Below are positions 50,692 to 51,244 of a stretch of DNA of 51,244 bases, piece by piece. The stretch comes from Alphaproteobacteria bacterium (GTDB lineage Bacteria > Pseudomonadota > Alphaproteobacteria > UBA7985). The translations under genes and the position numbers were made by a program. Where the stretch lies: positions 1 through 51,244 of the forward strand of contig CAXQZM010000063.1 of assembly GCA_964228455.1 (NCBI GenBank), in the 5' to 3' direction. How positions within the stretch are numbered: the first letter of the stretch is position 1; every line of letters begins with the position of its first letter. The notes under the pieces are model-generated. The model was not told the DNA's origin, ran no database searches, and was given only the letters and a program-made list of their open reading frames with translations.

Positions 50692-51244
50692 ATGGAAGCC
50701 ATTAAGCAACTCACCGAATACCTCCTGTCTCCAGGAAGCGAGGATCCTCGAACACCCCCAAAATCAATCGAACTTGAGCAAGCGCTTCTGGGCGGTTTAA
50801 TGCTCAACAATGAAAAATTAGATGATATGGCTGATTTCTTACAGCCAGAGCATTTTAGCGAAGAAGCACATGCAAAAATCTTCGATACTCTGACCAAGTT
50901 GTCAGAAACGGGTCAGGTTGATGCGCTCAAGATGCGCCCCTATTTCGAGAACGAGCAGCTATTGGCTTCAGCGGGATATGGCCAATATCTAGAAGACCTT
51001 CAAACAGCTGCCGTACCCTCGGCACCTCTGCGAGACTATGGTCAAGCAATTCATGACCTTTACCTTCGACGCCAACTCATAGACACCGGTGCTGATTTAA
51101 TTAATGAGGCTTTTGACCAAGATGTTGACGATCCTGCATCAATCCAAATTGAACGTGCCGAGGCCAAACTTTTTAGTCTTGCAGAGAACGGGCTAGCAAA
51201 TTCAGGGCCAGTATCCCTATCGGATGCAACAGCTAATGCCGTAA
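50692..51244 (+). CDS. dnaB: Replicative DNA helicase DnaB, 5' part (runs off window end)
   Basis: Not in ORF track. Manual translation MEAIKQL...RTPPKSIELEQALLGGLMLNNE...LQPEHFSEEAHAKIF...IHDLYLRRQLI; follows rplI; GAGG RBS. Confidence 0.93.
   Translation, partial: MEAIKQLTEYLLSPGSEDPRTPPKSIELEQALLGGLMLNNEKLDDMADFLQPEHFSEEAHAKIFDTLTKLSETGQVDALKMRPYFENEQLLASAGYGQYLEDLQTAAVPSAPLRDYGQAIHDLYLRRQLIDTGADLINEAFDQDVDDPASIQIERAEAKLFSLAENGLANSGPVSLSDATANAV

Noticed and set aside
1-51244. CRISPR arrays, tRNA/rRNA genes, prophage, defence systems
   Set aside because: No spaced direct-repeat arrays, cloverleaf motifs or hallmark proteins seen by eye; intergenic gaps are short. tRNAscan and Infernal were not run

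Overview
Core-genome window of a compact alphaproteobacterium (hand counts suggest mid-40s % GC). A 25-aa RpoB insert points to Rhodospirillales sensu lato, and the gene set suggests a marine lifestyle (inference). Contents in order: partial secD and yajC; DUF815 ATPase; DUF3422; class I fumarase; amidase; galM; DMT and MFS transporters; the sulfolipid operon sqdBDC; an orphan secreted HEXXH metallopeptidase; rpoC-rpoB, separated from rplJL by a DMT gene and a choline sulfatase; L10 leader; FAD oxidoreductase; M23 lipoprotein; orphan TAXI receptor; trmN6/sua5; a glycosyltransferase-like gene; glmUS; gor; ftsEX; uvrD; an M14/AstE-family hydrolase; a ClC protein; mltG-fabF-acpP-fabG-fabD; rpsF-rpsR-rplI; partial dnaB. 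I saw no rRNA, tRNA, CRISPR array, transposase or integrase. The most unusual item is a 404-bp low-GC cassette (32157-32560) that abuts the glmS stop codon. It holds only an RBS and one alkyltransferase-like gene between 18-bp inverted repeats (17/18 match), with no recombinase and no target duplication, so it may be an undescribed miniature mobile or invertible cassette. Other points: paired DnaA boxes and a strong terminator directly before dnaB, substitutions in conserved RNA polymerase motifs, and several candidate operators or hairpins. All family calls come from motif recognition, not database searches.
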